Both the position numbers and the translations under genes were made by a program. Below, piece by piece: positions 25,140-40,949 of a DNA stretch of 64,000 bases (its first letter is position 1; the number at the start of each line of letters is the position of its first letter). The stretch is from Epiperipatus broadwayi (taxonomy: Eukaryota > Animalia > Onychophora). The DNA is taken from contig JAQFVV010000004.1 in the NCBI GenBank assembly GCA_028023455.1, positions 4,092,001-4,156,000 of the forward strand. The letters run 5' to 3'. Under the pieces are notes generated by a model. It did no database searches, had not been told where the DNA came from, and worked only from the letters and a program-made list of their open reading frames with translations.

Positions 25140-28100
25140 AGTAACTCCAAACTCAAAAGATAACAACCAACATGGACTGATAAAGAACTGAACTGCATAA
25201 TGACAAAAAAAACGTCACAATTCCCAGACATCTTTTTGACTCATTTACTAGGCTGTTTTAACTGCTCACTATACTAATTTCAAAAAGATCTTTTATATAA
25301 ATAATTAAATACTCATAACTGGTTCCATACAATTTACCTAATAGCAAAACACTCTAATTCCAAGATTCATAGCTATTAAATTTCATATGGAAAAACAAAA
25401 AGAAAAATATGAAGACAAATAAAATCCTAGAAAATCATGCACTGATCAAAGTGAATCAATACACAGAAAATTATATCTCTGGTTTATCTAAAAATGCCTA
25501 TCTGAATTATAATATTGTTGACTTCCACCAACTAATAAAACCATTGGAATGGACATAGTATTTCAACCAACTTATTTTAAAGGTATACCTGTTCCAATAT
25601 ATAACAATATGAGTTCAAAATTAATCTACATCAAAACATGGACCTTAATAATATTCCTACACAAATTATAGATCAGGAACTCAAGTCTCAATCCTTCCAT
25701 TGCAAACAAAGTGATATCATGATAAATACCTGCCCTAGATTACACTGTCCATATTGCAACATGATTTCTACCACCTAAAATTAATAGGACACATTCAAAA
25801 TACACACATAAAAACCAATTAACATACAGTTATCAAATAAGGAATCAGAAACATCCACTAACACCAGAATGGATTTTGAAAATAATGATGAATTTTCCAC
25901 TATAACTAAAAGCAAAATTCATCAATAGATCAAAACAAAATTAACAATCAACTCATAGAGCTACACAATTCCTAAAACTCAATGAATCATCATCTGATAT
26001 CACAGTCTCATTCATACACTTTTCCTATTCAACAAGCCCAACAAATGAAGAGCATAATTTTAAATACAAGTCTGGTCATCCACCTCATAAAAAATGACAG
26101 AGTAAGAAGGTTCATAGTATAAATGAAAATGAGAAAGAAGACTCTCTACTAATGGCCAGTCTTAAAAAGAAAGTTAAGACTACTGTATATAGTATCCCTG
26201 AAACAGAACCTGAACATTTTTCAGAAGAGAATGAAGCTAATATTGAAAATATGATTATAGTACATTAACCTTTAGAGAATGAAAATACTACAGTTAATGT
26301 GAATTCAAACACCAATGTAACAGAAGTAGCTAATATTGATTTATCTATGACCTTCAAATCAATCTAGGATTTTTTTAATCATCCAACCACATCAGCCTTA
26401 AATAAAGATAAAAATAGATTCCTTTAATATCAGGAGATTAAATCAACTCTACATGGTTTAATACTGTTCAACACCATTTATTACACATAATTACAAAAAT
26501 ACATAAGTGCACAAATTGATCCATATAATTATCTTCATAGTCAAGATTTTTCAACTTTTTTCCAGATCATCCAACTCACCACAGAACTGGTTTAAGTATA
26601 GTTAATTTTTTCCTTTCAAATCATTCAAAATATTATATATTGACTTATCACTCTACATCACATAGCAGTAGTTTTGAATCTTGTCTTTGTTTTTCCTCAG
26701 ATCAATGTATTATAGATAAATTTGTTTTATAAATAGATTAATATTGACTCTAAACTTTTTTGCAACTTTACTATATCCATGCTTACTATTAAGAGATTTT
26801 AACATGAGTTATGGAATTTTTGTCTTCATATGTATTATCTTTTCAACTAACAATGAGTGGTAAAAGCTTCTTGCCTAACAATTCATACTCATTTAGTAAT
26901 GGAAGATGCATATCTCTAATAGACTTGGTTTTCTACTCCCCAATATTACACTATCTGTGTAACCTCATTTAAAAACTCACTTTTCCCAGATTGCTTAACC
27001 TTAGTTATAGTTTTTATGAACTTTGACTTATCCCCAAAAGCTGAATTCCATAGTCGTAAAACAATTCAAATCTTCCTTTTAAATAACATTACAGAATTTC
27101 CTATTCTTAAAAATATATATTTAATTAATTAAAGTCAGCAAACTAGATTCATAAAAATCCATATTGCATCCATTAATATTCTTTTATCCACTATCAACCT
27201 TATCAAAATTACCCCCCCCCATTCATTCAACATCATTCAATAATGACAATGCAAGATTAAAAATCTTAAAAAAGCAATATACATCTACATTTAAAACAGA
27301 CAATATATAGCAATTAAGAAAAAAAATACATCTAAACAAATACCTTACACTTGGTCAAGAAACTACAACTGATGGACCTTAGAGTAAACTACCATTATAT
27401 AATAAAAAATTGCACTGAATAATGAAGACAATTTATATACAAGTAACCATATGCTATATCCTCTATTTATCCACTACAAAGGCAAACTGAAAAGAAGGAG
27501 GTCTCCCTGAAAATTTCTTGGGCAACCAGAGAACATCCACATTCTTACTAGAGAAAATCAGTGCACACATAGTTTCTTTTCAAGACTCATGTCATTCAGG
27601 TATTCATGGAATTTCATGTTTTTTAAACCATCTAAATCATTTTACAATAAAATAGCTTGCATACCTGTCTAGCTACACCTATCTCTCATACCTTTCATTA
27701 AAAAGAGAAAGAATACTTTCACTTAAAAATATTAGACCTATATCAATGATTTCTGTAGGGATTAAGATTTTAGAATAAATATTAAAAGTCAAAGAAGATT
27801 CATCCAAATATCAGTTTAAAAAAAAGACACTTTAACAAACAAAGCAGCTTTTTTTTATTTAAATCAATCATAAGAACAGAAAAAAATACAATTCATTAGT
27901 AATTCGACTAAATATTAAAGTCATACTTGATAGGGTTCAAATAGACATCCTTATCAAGACCTTAGTAGAGTCTATGGTATTTAAATTAATCTTATATAAA
28001 CTATCAGTCTTTATAAATTGTGAAATATACATAACATTAAATGGAAAATTCACCCGAGCCTTCTTTACATATTGTTCAATATCACAAAGATCACCACTAA

Positions 28101-29640
28101 TTTCTCTTTTTTACTACAATTGAGACAGAATTGCCAGAAATATACATTAGAAAGGTCCTAATTAACATCTCAATCATCACATATGTCAATGATATATCAG
28201 CATTTCTATCGAACACTTAAATTGCAAAAAATTTCTGGCCAACTTTTCTACAAAATATAAACTAGAATTTAATACAAACAAATCATGTGCTTGTTCATTC
28301 AATAAAGAGAAACCCAGAGAACCCAAACCCCTTTCTCAGGTTTTCCTTCTATTTAAGTATTCCAACAATGTGAAGCCTAATACAACAAAAAATTTATGAC
28401 AAAAGCCAAAGCCTAATAAACTCACTCTCTAAATTGCACATCTCTATTGAGAAACTACTCTTTTAACCTCATCATCATAATAAAAATTTTATGTTTGTCA
28501 CTGATAATAATGTATACAATAGCTTTTACTAGAAAAATATATTCTCAATTAAGAAGGATACTTTGGGAAAATATAACAGCTATTTCACTCAATCAATTTC
28601 AACAATCACTAATTTTCAATGGTCTTGGATTATATGTGATTAATATATTCAAATCCAAAACAACAGCAAACATTTAAATTCCATGTATCAAATTATTACT
28701 GCATATGATAGAAATGTTAAAATTATGCTGACAAACTATTACCACTATTTAAATTCTGGGAAAATCCCATCCTACCACAATTCCTAACTTTGGTTTTCTC
28801 CACTTCCAAATACAAATATTGCAAATATTTAATTTCATTCAAGTTTCTCCTTTAGATTTTGGAAACAAATTAATATTTAACATAAACAACAATTAATTAA
28901 AAAACTTAAATTCTGGTCACTTCAAACCAAACAACTCGATTTTCTCATCAGAATAAATCTAAAATGCCTAATTGCACTTCATTTTTACAAGTACAGAAAA
29001 CAATACAAGCCTTTGTAATAAAGACACTGAAAACCAATACCATCTCTTCCTTGAATATATAAGCTTCAAGAAATATACAAAGCAATACCAAATTTTTTTG
29101 ATAAATACAAAAACAGTCTTAACACCAGGCTTTTAAAGAATATATATATATATATATACAAATATTCATGCTAGCACTTTTGTATTATATGCTTTCTGGT
29201 GACTAGATACACCTTCTTACATGATTGCAATCCCAGAAGACAACAAAACATCTTTTGGAATAAATTAGAAACAATCAAGAAAAGACATAAGGAACTATCA
29301 TCACACACAATGTTTAAAGATATCTAGTCCCTAATGCAACAACATCTGAAACAATAATGAGATATGATCACATTTTGATGGTGGCTGCACTAATGAAAAA
29401 TCCTCAAGATTAAACACTTTATATTCAAATGACCTGTTTTTTTCTCTTGATTAACTTTAAAACTGTTAATGTAAACATTGATGTATACAATAATAGTGTG
29501 AAACCACATTTCTTAAATTGTATCCTTTCATAGATTCTCTCCCTATCATATCTATGTGGTTTAAATCACATATAATCTATTCTTATTGAGCAATAAATGC
29601 CTTTGAAATATAAAACAAGGAATAAAATTATCAAAAAAAA
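25140..29640 (+). mobile_element. Decayed L1/Tx1-like LINE
   Basis: Cys/His knuckle remnant ~25700; RT remnants RPISM (~27733), QRSPL (~28085), YVNDI (~28182); HLFLE (~29041); AATAAA and A-rich end. Confidence 0.55.
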
Positions 29641-30313
29641 TTAAATAAAATATACAAAATATAAAATTCAGATGTGTGTTTTTTAAATGAAAATCCAATA
29701 CAAATAATTTATTAAATTTCAATAAAGTTACAGAAGAAGAAAATAAAGGAGGTGTATATAAAATAAAATGCAATGTAAAACAAAGGAAATAACTGAATGC
29801 AAAATACAAAAAAAACGACGCACTAGATAATGACATTTAAATTACAAAAAAACAACAATTTATAAATATAAAATAAAAAGTAAACATTATAATTATACAA
29901 TAGTAATATCAAAATTAGCTAAAAATTACAACAAAATAATTATAAATAAACATTATATATAAATAAAAAATAATTCTTGCATAATAAAAAATAATGTGTG
30001 CATTAATAATAAAAGATAAATATGTTTTTTATTTAAATAATATGTATATAAAAATAGATTTATATAAAACAATTCTGAATATTAATAATAGTACTATAAA
30101 ATTATCAAAAGAGGTCAGTGCTTCAAAAAAATGATAAAATAGAATTAAATAAAACATTAATTTAGCATATTCTAAAAAAAATTAACGAAAATTTTAATTT
30201 TTTTTTTCAAAATGTTAGTAATAAATGTTGTTATAATTTTTAATTGAAAATAAAATAGTTAAAAAAGAAACTTAATATTTAATTTTATTTACTAGTTCAG
30301 ACATTGTATGTAA

Positions 30314-30494
30314 TTTAAACAGTAAGGATTTTTCATCCATGAAGTCTTGTTAAGTATTGATGAAACTCTCAAACTAAGACACAAGATAGAGAGACCTTTG
30401 AAAAGATAAGAATGACCATCTTATCTTTAAACCTATTTCTAGTTATATATGTCAATCTAAAATGTGTTAGAATGAAAAATTCTTACTGTTTAAA
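30314..30494. repeat. 23-bp inverted repeat (small fold-back or MITE)
   Basis: TTTAAACAGTAAGGATTTTTCAT / ATGAAAAATTCTTACTGTTTAAA (one mismatch). Confidence 0.6.
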
Positions 30495-30644
30495 AAAATT
30501 TAATAGTAAATAAAATAAAATTAATAATATTTATAATGTATATAAAATATAATTGTACACGGTAATATTTACAGAAATGTTGAAAAAAATCTGAATTTGA
30601 TGTTCTCACTATTTTGATTTGTGCATATAATTATAGAATGTTTA

Positions 30645-30975
30645 AATACAAGTGTAGTATATATACTTAAGCTAGATGTAGTTAGAGGAAATTTGAAACC
30701 AAACTTTTAATCTCCCTTTAGTCATTCAGTTTATCTTATACAACCAATACACATGATCACATACATGTGAGAAAGATAAATGATCTCCAATATTGATATT
30801 TTGTGCTGAACCACCATTCATCAGTTGGTCCACATCATCATCTCTCATATATATATATATAATAAGTCTCAGTGATTGGTTTATATTAAAATAGAAAATC
30901 TTCAAACCTTAATGGACAGCTTCCAACTTTTTAACCATTCACATTATTGAAAAGCTGATGATGGCATATTCATAT
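30645..30975 (-). mobile_element. Family A1 hammerhead unit, diverged
   Basis: Colinear with 3605-3940; decayed hammerhead 30787-30828; starts at the same AAATACA position as 3605. Confidence 0.75.
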
Positions 30976-31499
30976 GTTTAATATCCCTGAAAATGATTTT
31001 CATGTAGAGTTGAAACATAAAAACATAAAATTTCAATGTTACTAATAATAGATGCAAAAAACCCACAGAAATGATCATGCATTATATATATTTGTTGTAA
31101 TGAATAATAGACATGTCAATATCCAACATTGGAGAGTGTAGTCTAGAGTGTGTGTATTTACTGTGAGATGTTTGCTATTAAAGAATTTTTCAATTTAAGA
31201 AAGAGCATGATTTATTAGAGAAAAAGGATAATGTTAGGAAGCATAAATTTACCGATCCACTATTTTTTTTAAAAAAAAGTTTTTTTCCTTTTATATAAAA
31301 ACGTTTGAAGAGTACGATAAAAAGCATAAATTTAAATATAGAGTAGGAGAATTGAAAAATAAGAAAGTATGAATTGCATTTGTATTCCACAACATATATA
31401 TAATGGTCAGAAAATCAATTAGGGGTGCTGTGGTAGAGTATACTGTATGTGATAAGGTTTTTTTTTATTTGCAATATTTAAATAAGACTAGGAAAGATG

Positions 31500-34400
31500 C
31501 AACAGTTAAGGAAAATGGAAAAGAAGAAATAAGGAGAAATGGAGGAAAATGCAGTTAAGGAAAATGGAATAGAGTATGTATTTAGTGGATTGACAAGAGA
31601 TAGGAATGATAAAATAATTAGTGCAATGGATATACTTATCCAAAGAATAAGTAAGATAGAGGAAGAGGGAAAGGATATAAAATTAAAATCATTAGAGATG
31701 AAGTGTGAGCACGTCAAGAAATTATATGGATAGAAATGATAAGAAAGTTGTAGATAAGGAATTTCAGAAAGTGCAAAGAGAATATTATAGGTGAAGTAGG
31801 GAAAGTAAGCTATGAGACAGTATTGATAGCAGACTAGCTAATTAGAGGATGTGGAGATCTAATTGCAAAAGAAAATAAAAGTAGTTATATAAGAGTATGT
31901 TAGACTGGAGCCAAAAAAAGATGGATTAAACTTGGCAAAACAGGGAAGTAAAGCATTAGGGGGTTTCATTTAAAAAAATATTATAGTTTGGGAAACTTAT
32001 AAAGGAGGGTAGGGATTTAAATTACAGTATTATCAAAAAAAAAAAAGGAATGGCATGTAAGAAATAATCAAAGGGTAGTTGATTTAGATATAAATGTAGC
32101 TGTGGAAAGGGAATGGGCCTGTAAAATTAATAATAAACAAGCTAATTACAAATGTAATAGAGAAGAAAGAGTCAAAAGAATTTATAAAAGAATAATAAGA
32201 AAAGAAGAAATTGTTAAAATTGGATATTTGAACATGCAAGTTGGTAGGAGACCAGAAAAGTGGCTGGAATTCAATAAAGCAGCTAAAAATAAAGAGCTTG
32301 AGGTATTAGTAGTAGTGGAAACACATCTAAGAGAAGAAAAAAAACCTATACTGAAAGACTTGGTATGGTATAAATAGAAAAGAAATAAAAAAGGGGGTTG
32401 GTGAAATAGGTGTTATGTCAAAAAATATTTAAATACTGTTAAATGTCAAAAACATTTGTGGTTTGAGATAAGATTAGGAAGACAAGAATAAGTGGTGGCT
32501 ATAGTGTGTAGATAGTCAAAATATAATGGAGTGGAACAGTAGCATACACAGAGTTTCAAAAAAAGAAAATATTGGTTGTAGGGGATATGAGTGGGCATAT
32601 TCAAGAAATTGATGTGGATAACAAGAATGGACAGCTTTTGAAATTTTTTTGTCAGAAGATGAATTTGAGCATTGGAAATTTATCAAATATTTATGAAGAA
32701 AAACTTAATATGGTCTAGAAATAATATATTTCACACAATAGATTATGTATTAATAGAGAAAGAGGGAATGAATAAATTACAGAAAATTACAATGTTTGAT
32801 CATTAAGAGAGACTATGTAATAGTGATCATAATTTCTTTATACTAAAAAAGGTTAGTAATGTGATGTAAAATAGTAATTAAACTAGAAAGATAGTGAAAG
32901 ATGTAGATAAAGAATGAATGATAAGACTAAATTAGAAGAATATAAAATAAAAGTAGAAGAAATCATGGAAAAGTTTGTTAGGGATAAATATAAGGGCTGA
33001 TGTGGTGAAGTATAAAAAGTGGCAAATAGGGTTTTAGATAAAAATATTCAGAAAAATAAAAGTAATAGAAAAGTGAGAATTAGTAAAAGTGTAAAAGAGA
33101 GGAAAAAAGCATGTAGAGAATATAAATGTGCTACTAAAAACAAAGAAAGTGAAAAAGATGTTAATATTAAATAGAAAAATATTAAAAAAAAGGAGTTGGC
33201 TAAAGTAGGAAGTTATATATAGAAAATAAAATTAAATAGTAAATTTCTGGGAGATATTAATAAAAGTGGAAGAGATAGAAATATAAAATTTTGGAAATAT
33301 ATTAGAAGAATGTAGGGGGAAAGATAAATAGTATTACTAGATGATGAGAAAAAAGAGTGTAGCTTTAGAAAATAGTTGGAGACAATCTTAAATAAATATG
33401 TAATGGATATAGAGAAGATGTTAGATGTGAAGGACAGATTGATAATAAACATAAAAGTATATAGTAATGGAAATATTAGGTTTACAGACAATGAATTGAA
33501 TGAGACAGGGAATAAAGTGAAAAGGCAAGAGGTTTAGATGAATGGGCAGCAGAGATGGTGATGAATTTAGAAAATATGACAAAATTAAATCTATTATCAT
33601 GTTTTAATATAATGGTAAAAATAGACATTTTTCAGATAACTGGAATACTACAAGAGTATTTAAAGAAAGTGTAAGGTTCATAGAAAGTTAAGCAAGTATA
33701 GACTGATAGCAGGAATGTCAGTGTTACATAATGTTTTTGCATATATAGTGGCCAGAAGAGTGGTAAAAGGAATTGAAGAAAATAATATAGTGGGAGAAAT
33801 GCAAAGAGGTTTTCAATTGGATAAGTGTATAGGAGATAGTTTATTTGTAGTCACACAACTTATAGATAGGAGTAGAAATGCAAATAGACAATGATATATG
33901 GGTTTTATAGATATAGAGGAGGTATATGATAGAGTAAATAAAAATATACTATGGGTAGGTTTAGTAAATTTGAGAATGAATGGAGCTTAAGTGGATCTTA
34001 TTAAGAGATTGTATGAAAATAAATTACTACACTCATCAATTAGGATTATGAAATGAGAGTTAAGAGGGTGGCAAGGATGCCCCATGTCACTTATTTTGTT
34101 TTTGTTACATTTTGAGAGAAATTGAGAAAGCAATAGAAAGACTAGGAAGAGAGATAGAGATACCATTAATAGATGGCAAGGGGTGTATATGTTATTAGGT
34201 CTTTTATTTGTTGATGACAACTTCTTGTTCATAGAAAATATGGAAGATATGGAAGTGTTGCTGAAAACTGCAAAGATGGATAAAGAGATGAGGATTAAAT
34301 TTAGAGAAGTAAAATCAAATATAGTGATAATAAATGATGGGGAAAAGGAAGAGAAAGTATTTTTATTGGTGAATATAAAGTTAAATGTGGTGAATAGGTA

Positions 34401-35462
34401 TAATTATTTGGGAATCATCTTAAGTAATCAGTGAAATTGCCTGGATGAATGGGAGAAAAAATTATAAATGAAGTGGAAAAAAGAAAGGGACTGAAAGAAA
34501 TTAATATAATTTTTATATAGTAAATATGATCTAGACTTCTATGGAAGGGAGTGAAAGCAGAATGGTTAACATATGGCAATGATGCATTATGTGTTAGTAA
34601 GGTAGTGTTAAATTACTTAGAAAAAAATACAAAGAGAGATAAGACATGCATTAGATGATATTGTGTGGATGGCAAAGAAGGCATTTCAAGGAGAATTGGG
34701 ATGGTCAAGTTTTTATATGAAACATGCAAAAAGAAAAAGAAAAATGTTTGATAGATTGTAATTTATGGATAATAAAAGAATAACTAAAATAGTATTTAAT
34801 TGGGTTATGAGTAAAGGACAGGCAACAAGTTGGGTGAGAAAGATAGTATGGTATACAGAAGTGGCATAATTATGTTAGGAGAATTGTTGAGTGTTATAGC
34901 AGCAGTTAATAGGATAGAAAACAGATGCATTTATAAAGAATAGGGAGTTGAAGAGATGGAGAAATAGTATGGAAAGTTAAAAGAGTTTAATATATAGAAT
35001 ATTGGGTGCAAATTAATTTACGATAATAGTTAGGATAGTAGTTTACTGTTTAAGGCTTAAACAGGATGAAAAAATATGGGTGATTAATATGCAACTTGTG
35101 TAAGGAAGGCATAAAAAATATTAGGCATCTGTTAACTGAATGGAGATACCTGAAATCAGAAAGGGTACAAATAATGAAGTTGTAGAAGAATAAATAAAAC
35201 AAAGTAATTATGCAGAAAGTGGGTTCTTGTTTTTAAGCTGGATTTGGGAAAAGATAAGAGGGATTTAGAAATAAAGGTCATGGAGTTGACAAAGGTTATG
35301 TTATGGAAATGGGATGGAGCAGAATAGAGAAGAATATTGGGAAACATAAAGTGGCAAATGAAAGGAAAAGGTAAAATGGTTAACAGGTTTCTCTGGGCAT
35401 AATGGCTAAAAGATTCCTGACTTCGAATAAGAGAAGTCACAGTGCATCACATTACATTGCAT
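31500..35462 (+). mobile_element. Decayed APE-type non-LTR retrotransposon (LINE)
   Basis: Endonuclease motifs KIGYLNMQ, VVETHL, VGDMSGH, IDYVL, SDH; RT motifs QRGFQ, FIDIEEVYDRV, QGCPMS, LLFVDD, YLGI; short CACAT/TACAT repeat tail ~35438-35462. Confidence 0.85.
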
Positions 35463-37929
35463 GTCTCCTCAATAAACTTATATTAGATTTTATTGGTGAG
35501 GATCTTAGTTGTTAACATGTACATAGTCACACACCATTATCAATGGAGATTGCAAATTGCCTTTAGATCATTGGAGAACAGATTCTGTAGAAACAACAAT
35601 TGGAAAAACAGATAACAGCAAGAAAATTCTAGGATTGGTTTAATAACAAACAAAATCAATTTATTAATAGTTCAATTGTAATATATAAACTTATAATACA
35701 CTTTTATGTTGGCATATATTGCATTTGTTGGCATAAGATAATTATAACAACAATCTTTTATTATTAATTAAATATCATTTCTGAAATTTTTCACTGAATA
35801 ACTGTATGGTCCGTCCAACTGTAAGATATGTGTTAACTACATTAAGATGTGCCATTTATTTTTTACTTTAAAAATGGGCAATATAATAAAAAAAAAACTG
35901 GTTTAAATTTAAATGATGAAGGTCACTATAAAATCAGCTCTACATAATATACATTTGATTCTATACCATATTAAAAGTAAAACCAAATAATAAACCTCTT
36001 ACAACCTGGAGTACACATGAAAGTCATCACATGACTAAACTACATATAAATTTAAAATCCAAGTGCAGGTCCTGGGGGGAAAGGTTTCTAAATCCATGAG
36101 TGAGTACACATGAAATCAAACTGCATGGAAATTACATATATATTTATGGGGAGACAACTAAACAAATATAGATTTTAAGTGTGGCAGATAAAATGTCTAC
36201 AGGATCTCTATAAAATGTACATACATATATTCTAAATCAATTTCAGGCAAACATATGAAACACACAAAATAAAATGACAAACTGCTTAATAGTTCCAAGT
36301 ACAGTAAAATTAACTTATGAAACTAATTATACATATATGCATACATGAATGCTACACACATATACCATATTTTCATTAATTTTTAAATGCATTGTTTAAA
36401 TAGCTTAAATTGAAATAGCTTCAATGATATAAATTTTGTTAAACTAAATATTAACTATTTAAAAACTAAATCTTTCTTATATTCTTTTAAAACAAATTAA
36501 CTTTTGAAGAGAAAGATTCATTTAACAATAATAAATGTTCATTATTGAAACAATGTTTATTATTTAAAACTTTAGATAAGTATTCAGAAAAGTGACTTTG
36601 AGTTAACTTTTATTTTAACAATAACTAAACTTTCAATAACTTCCTCCTTATTATGATTTAATAGCACATATACATTTTATTTAAATATTCAAGGAATGTG
36701 TTGTACTCTAAAACTAAAGTAAGTATTATAAGATAAATAATGCAAAGCGTTAACATTGCCAAAGAAATATGTTAAATAAAGATATAAAATACATAAATTA
36801 AAAAAATAATATAGTTAAATAGGAGATTACTGGCTTGTGGTAACTAGAATCTCTTAAGTTTTTTATATTGTTCATAAATTAAATAAACTTGTTACCCCAA
36901 GCCCAACATATAGCTGAGAAGAAATTGTTTTATATAAAAAATATAATTACTTAATGTATACACATTTTCCTATAGACATGATGAAAAAAGATTTCTTTGA
37001 TGGGCCATTAATGAAATTTCCAATTGATGGTTTTCCAATATTAGCCATCATCAAGTTGGAATTGTATTAAAGTTTTCACTGCTGAGAAGTGCATCTTTTT
37101 TAACTGCAATGATATAATATATATATTGTGACTGGGTTTGAACCCATTCGGTTTTAATATATGTATATATTATGAAATTGGTTCACATACCATTGGACTT
37201 AATTCAGCAATAGGAATTAAAGGCCACAATAGTTATGGGCACCCTGCCTCATAAGAAGAAGTTCTTCAGTATTGGCTAGCAATGTAACTTAGTTACTTTA
37301 ACAGAGTGTAGGGATGATGACAGCAAAAGATCAAAGGCCAAAAACGAAGATCAAAGATACAGTTATTTTCTGTATCAGGCTATTTGTGCAATTAACAAAC
37401 TTGCAAATATATTTTTTTCTTTAAATAAAAAAGCCAGTATTTATTTTAATCACCAATATTCCTTAGATAAATAAACAACATGTTTACAACTAACAACTAC
37501 TATCTTAGTCTCAAAAAAAGAATTTTAAACATCTGCACATGAAACAAACCTTAATAAAAGAAATAGGTTTCCTTTAAAGAATTTCTGTAACTCTGAGATC
37601 AACTATTTTATTAAAAAAAAATTTAAAATTAACCTGATTCTTTGTTTACATTTAATTAAACCAGTTTCCTAACATTTTTTAAAACAAAGTTACTCAGCTG
37701 AAAAATATTATTATAATTTTTTATATTAAAACTACATTTAAAATTAACTCTATTTTATTTTAAATGCATATACTTCATCAATGTGTGTGTGTGTGTCCAT
37801 AACAAAAATCTAAATTTAATGAAAAAAATGTAAGTCTAAATTTGTGAAATCTGAATTCAACTTATGATTGCCAACTTCTATATTTTTTTATTATAAATTG
37901 AGATAAGGAATCTATCTCAATATATATAC

Positions 37930-40495
37930 CAGGGGCGGCCAAGCTCTTGGTTAGTCTGGGCCACTTTTGAAATTTTGTAATTATTCAAGAGCTGCAACTA
38001 AACATTAAATAAGGTTATATTATAAATGAACAAATACTAATTGTATTTGGGTATATTTATTGAACATTGAAATAAATACATAAAACTAAATAATATAGGT
38101 ATTAAATATATGTATTAAAAATTGAATATAATAAAACAATTTATATTTATTTATTATATTTTATTTGAAGTGACAAATTTTTAAAATTTGGTGTATAATT
38201 TGTCAAGTCCATCCACAGCAATTCTTTTAGATGCTGGTTGTGCACAATATTTTGATTTTAGAATTTTCAAAATGGAGTAAAAAGATTCACAAAAATAAGT
38301 TGTCCCAAAAATCGAAATAATTCGATAAGCAGCCATTTTTAATTGTGTGTACTTTGATTCCGCACAAATTTCCAGAATTCATTGATAAGTGTTGACTTAT
38401 ATTGTAATAGCAGAGCTTGGTCTTCTTTCATTTCTAATAATTCTAATTTCCCAGCTGCTTTTTCGGCCAGTATTACATTGGATATGGGAAATCCATTGTG
38501 AATGATATCAATAACAAATGGATTTACATAAAAAACAATAGTAGATTTAAAATATATCAAGTCTTCAAATCTATCACTAAATTCCATTAATATTTCTTCT
38601 AGCTTTTTTGATACTCATTAAATTTTTCTAATTTAATATCTGCACAGATTTTTTTTAAGACGAGGAAAATGATCTAATGTTTGTTGTTTTGAAAAAGTTG
38701 AATTTTTGTTTGGAAACTAAATGTGCTCTGATAAAGATCAGATATTTTATTTTTTTCCTTGTAATACTAAATTGAGTGTTTGTAAATGTTGCATGGTATC
38801 AGTAAGAAACATCAAATCCTGCAAACATTCATCATCATCTAATTGGGGATATGATTTTTCTTATTTTTCAGAAATATCATAATCGGTTCAAGCAAATCTA
38901 CAAATTGATCTAATACATTATAACTAACAATACAGTAGAAATTAATGTCATTTGGAAGTTCTTCATTTAATTCTTGAAGAAAATGTTTAAATTGATGGTG
39001 ATTTTTTGCATTTGTAAGAATATAATTTACAATAAGTAGAACAGTTGTCATCACATCAGAATATTTTAAATATTTAGCAATGAGATGCTCATGGTGAATG
39101 ATACAGTGAACAGGCATGAATTGTGGAATTTTAGAATCATCTTTTAAATGTCCAATAAGACCATCTTTTTTGCCCAGCATTACTGAAGCTCCATCAGTTG
39201 TAATACTTGTAAGCTTATTGAGTGGCACTTTAAAATTCTTCAAGATTAAATCGAGTGCATTTTTTATATTGATACCACGAGTTGATTCTTGAAGTGTCAC
39301 TAAATCTAATAATTCTTCTTTAACATTTAATTCAAGAAAAACAAAACATATGAAAATGGCTAATTGAGGGAGATCTGTATTATCTGTAGATTCATCAAGA
39401 GCTAAGCTGAATATGACACAGTTCTTCAGATCATTTTTTAAATTAACTTCAAGAGATTTATTAATTTCTGTTATGCATCATTTGATTGTGTGTCTCAATA
39501 TCATTGTGAAATAATTTTGTGCAATGCTGCACTATTTGGATCTAAAATTTTAACTATCTTTTCTAAATTTTTTTTAATAAACTCTCCTTCTCATATGGGC
39601 ATTTTGCATGAGCAATGTTCCAGGAAATTATGAACATTGTCAGTTTGATTTCTAATGCTGATAAATGGACTGTTATTTATTTAAATTTGATTTTAAAGAA
39701 GAAAGTTTTTCTGATCTTAATTTTGAATTCTGTGAATACTGAGCAGAAAATTGAGGATGATTGGATTCATGATGATGATGTAAATTACCACCTTTATAAT
39801 TTGCTACTGTAGATTTACAAATAAGACATAATGCCTTTCCATTATTGTCTATAAAAAAAGAAATTTTCTACCCATTCACTATTAAAAGTTCTATTTTTAT
39901 GTTCACGTTTACTTTTTGGTTTTTGTTCTCTGTCACCATATTTTGTAAAAAAAACTGAAAATAATGGAAGGAAGCATTTAGGTAAACAAAAATTTTGGGT
40001 TTAGTCTTAACAATATGATAAAAACACATATAATGCTGAAAATGTATTGTGAAAGAAATTACAATCAACTTACCAAAATTTCTGAATACAAACTGTTTTG
40101 TACAGAGCACATGATTGTTTCATTAAAAGTTTACAAATACATAGTGTCAATCGGACATCATTTTCATTAATTAAACTTTTGAAGTAAGAAAATTTTCAGG
40201 TGGTTTGTACTTTGGCTATTTTTTAATAAGATAGTGAGGCTAGTATATACTCTAAATAAAATACTACAAGGTTATGTATATATGAATACATGTCAATACA
40301 TGTTGATATGAGTCTAAAGAAAACTAATTTCTCAATTTTAGTACATTTAAAAAATGTAATATTTTAATTTTTATAAATTATTATTTTTTGAACTATGTAA
40401 ATATGAGAAGGGATCTAAAGTACATCTACCAGGAGTCACAATTAATCTTCTAAAGAGCTGCATGTGGCTCATGAGCCACAATTTGGCCATGTCTG
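37930..40495 (-). mobile_element. hAT (Buster/Charlie, GTF2IRD2-like) DNA transposon with a decayed transposase
   Basis: TIRs CAGGGGCGGCCAA / TTGGCCATGTCTG; perfect 8-bp TSD ATATATAC (37922-37929, 40496-40503); LALDESTD, SITTDGASVMLG, HCIIH and FGTTYFCES motifs. Confidence 0.93.
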
Positions 40496-40949
40496 ATATA
40501 TACTTTAAATAATCAGTCATATATATATATATTTAGATATCTATTATATAAATATTAATATTCACAGACAATAATGGTATATATTTTTATATGTTCATTA
40601 TATAATAGTGGAAATACAATATATGGTATGAAATATTATGTAAATTTATTGAAGACACAGATTTCTTCAGCTGCTAATCAAACAGCATTGATCTCACAAT
40701 ATTTCATATATCTAACTGGTAGTTAACATTTACACTAGGAGAAGTAATTATTTACTTAGCTATTCCAGAATATTCTAATGTTAACATTATATACAAATAT
40801 TTTTATTATTTTTTCTGCGCCTAATATTTCAACCACTTATTACAGTCATTTTTAAGGGCATATATTTATATATTAGTACCAATTTCTTAACATTACGTCT
40901 GAAAATTGGAAAATATATCAAACCAGCATGTATTTTACTTAACCTTTTT

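Noticed and set aside
37128-37480. Possible short solo LTR (TGTGA...AACA after a TA tract)
   Set aside because: No second copy, PBS or clear TSD; not supportable
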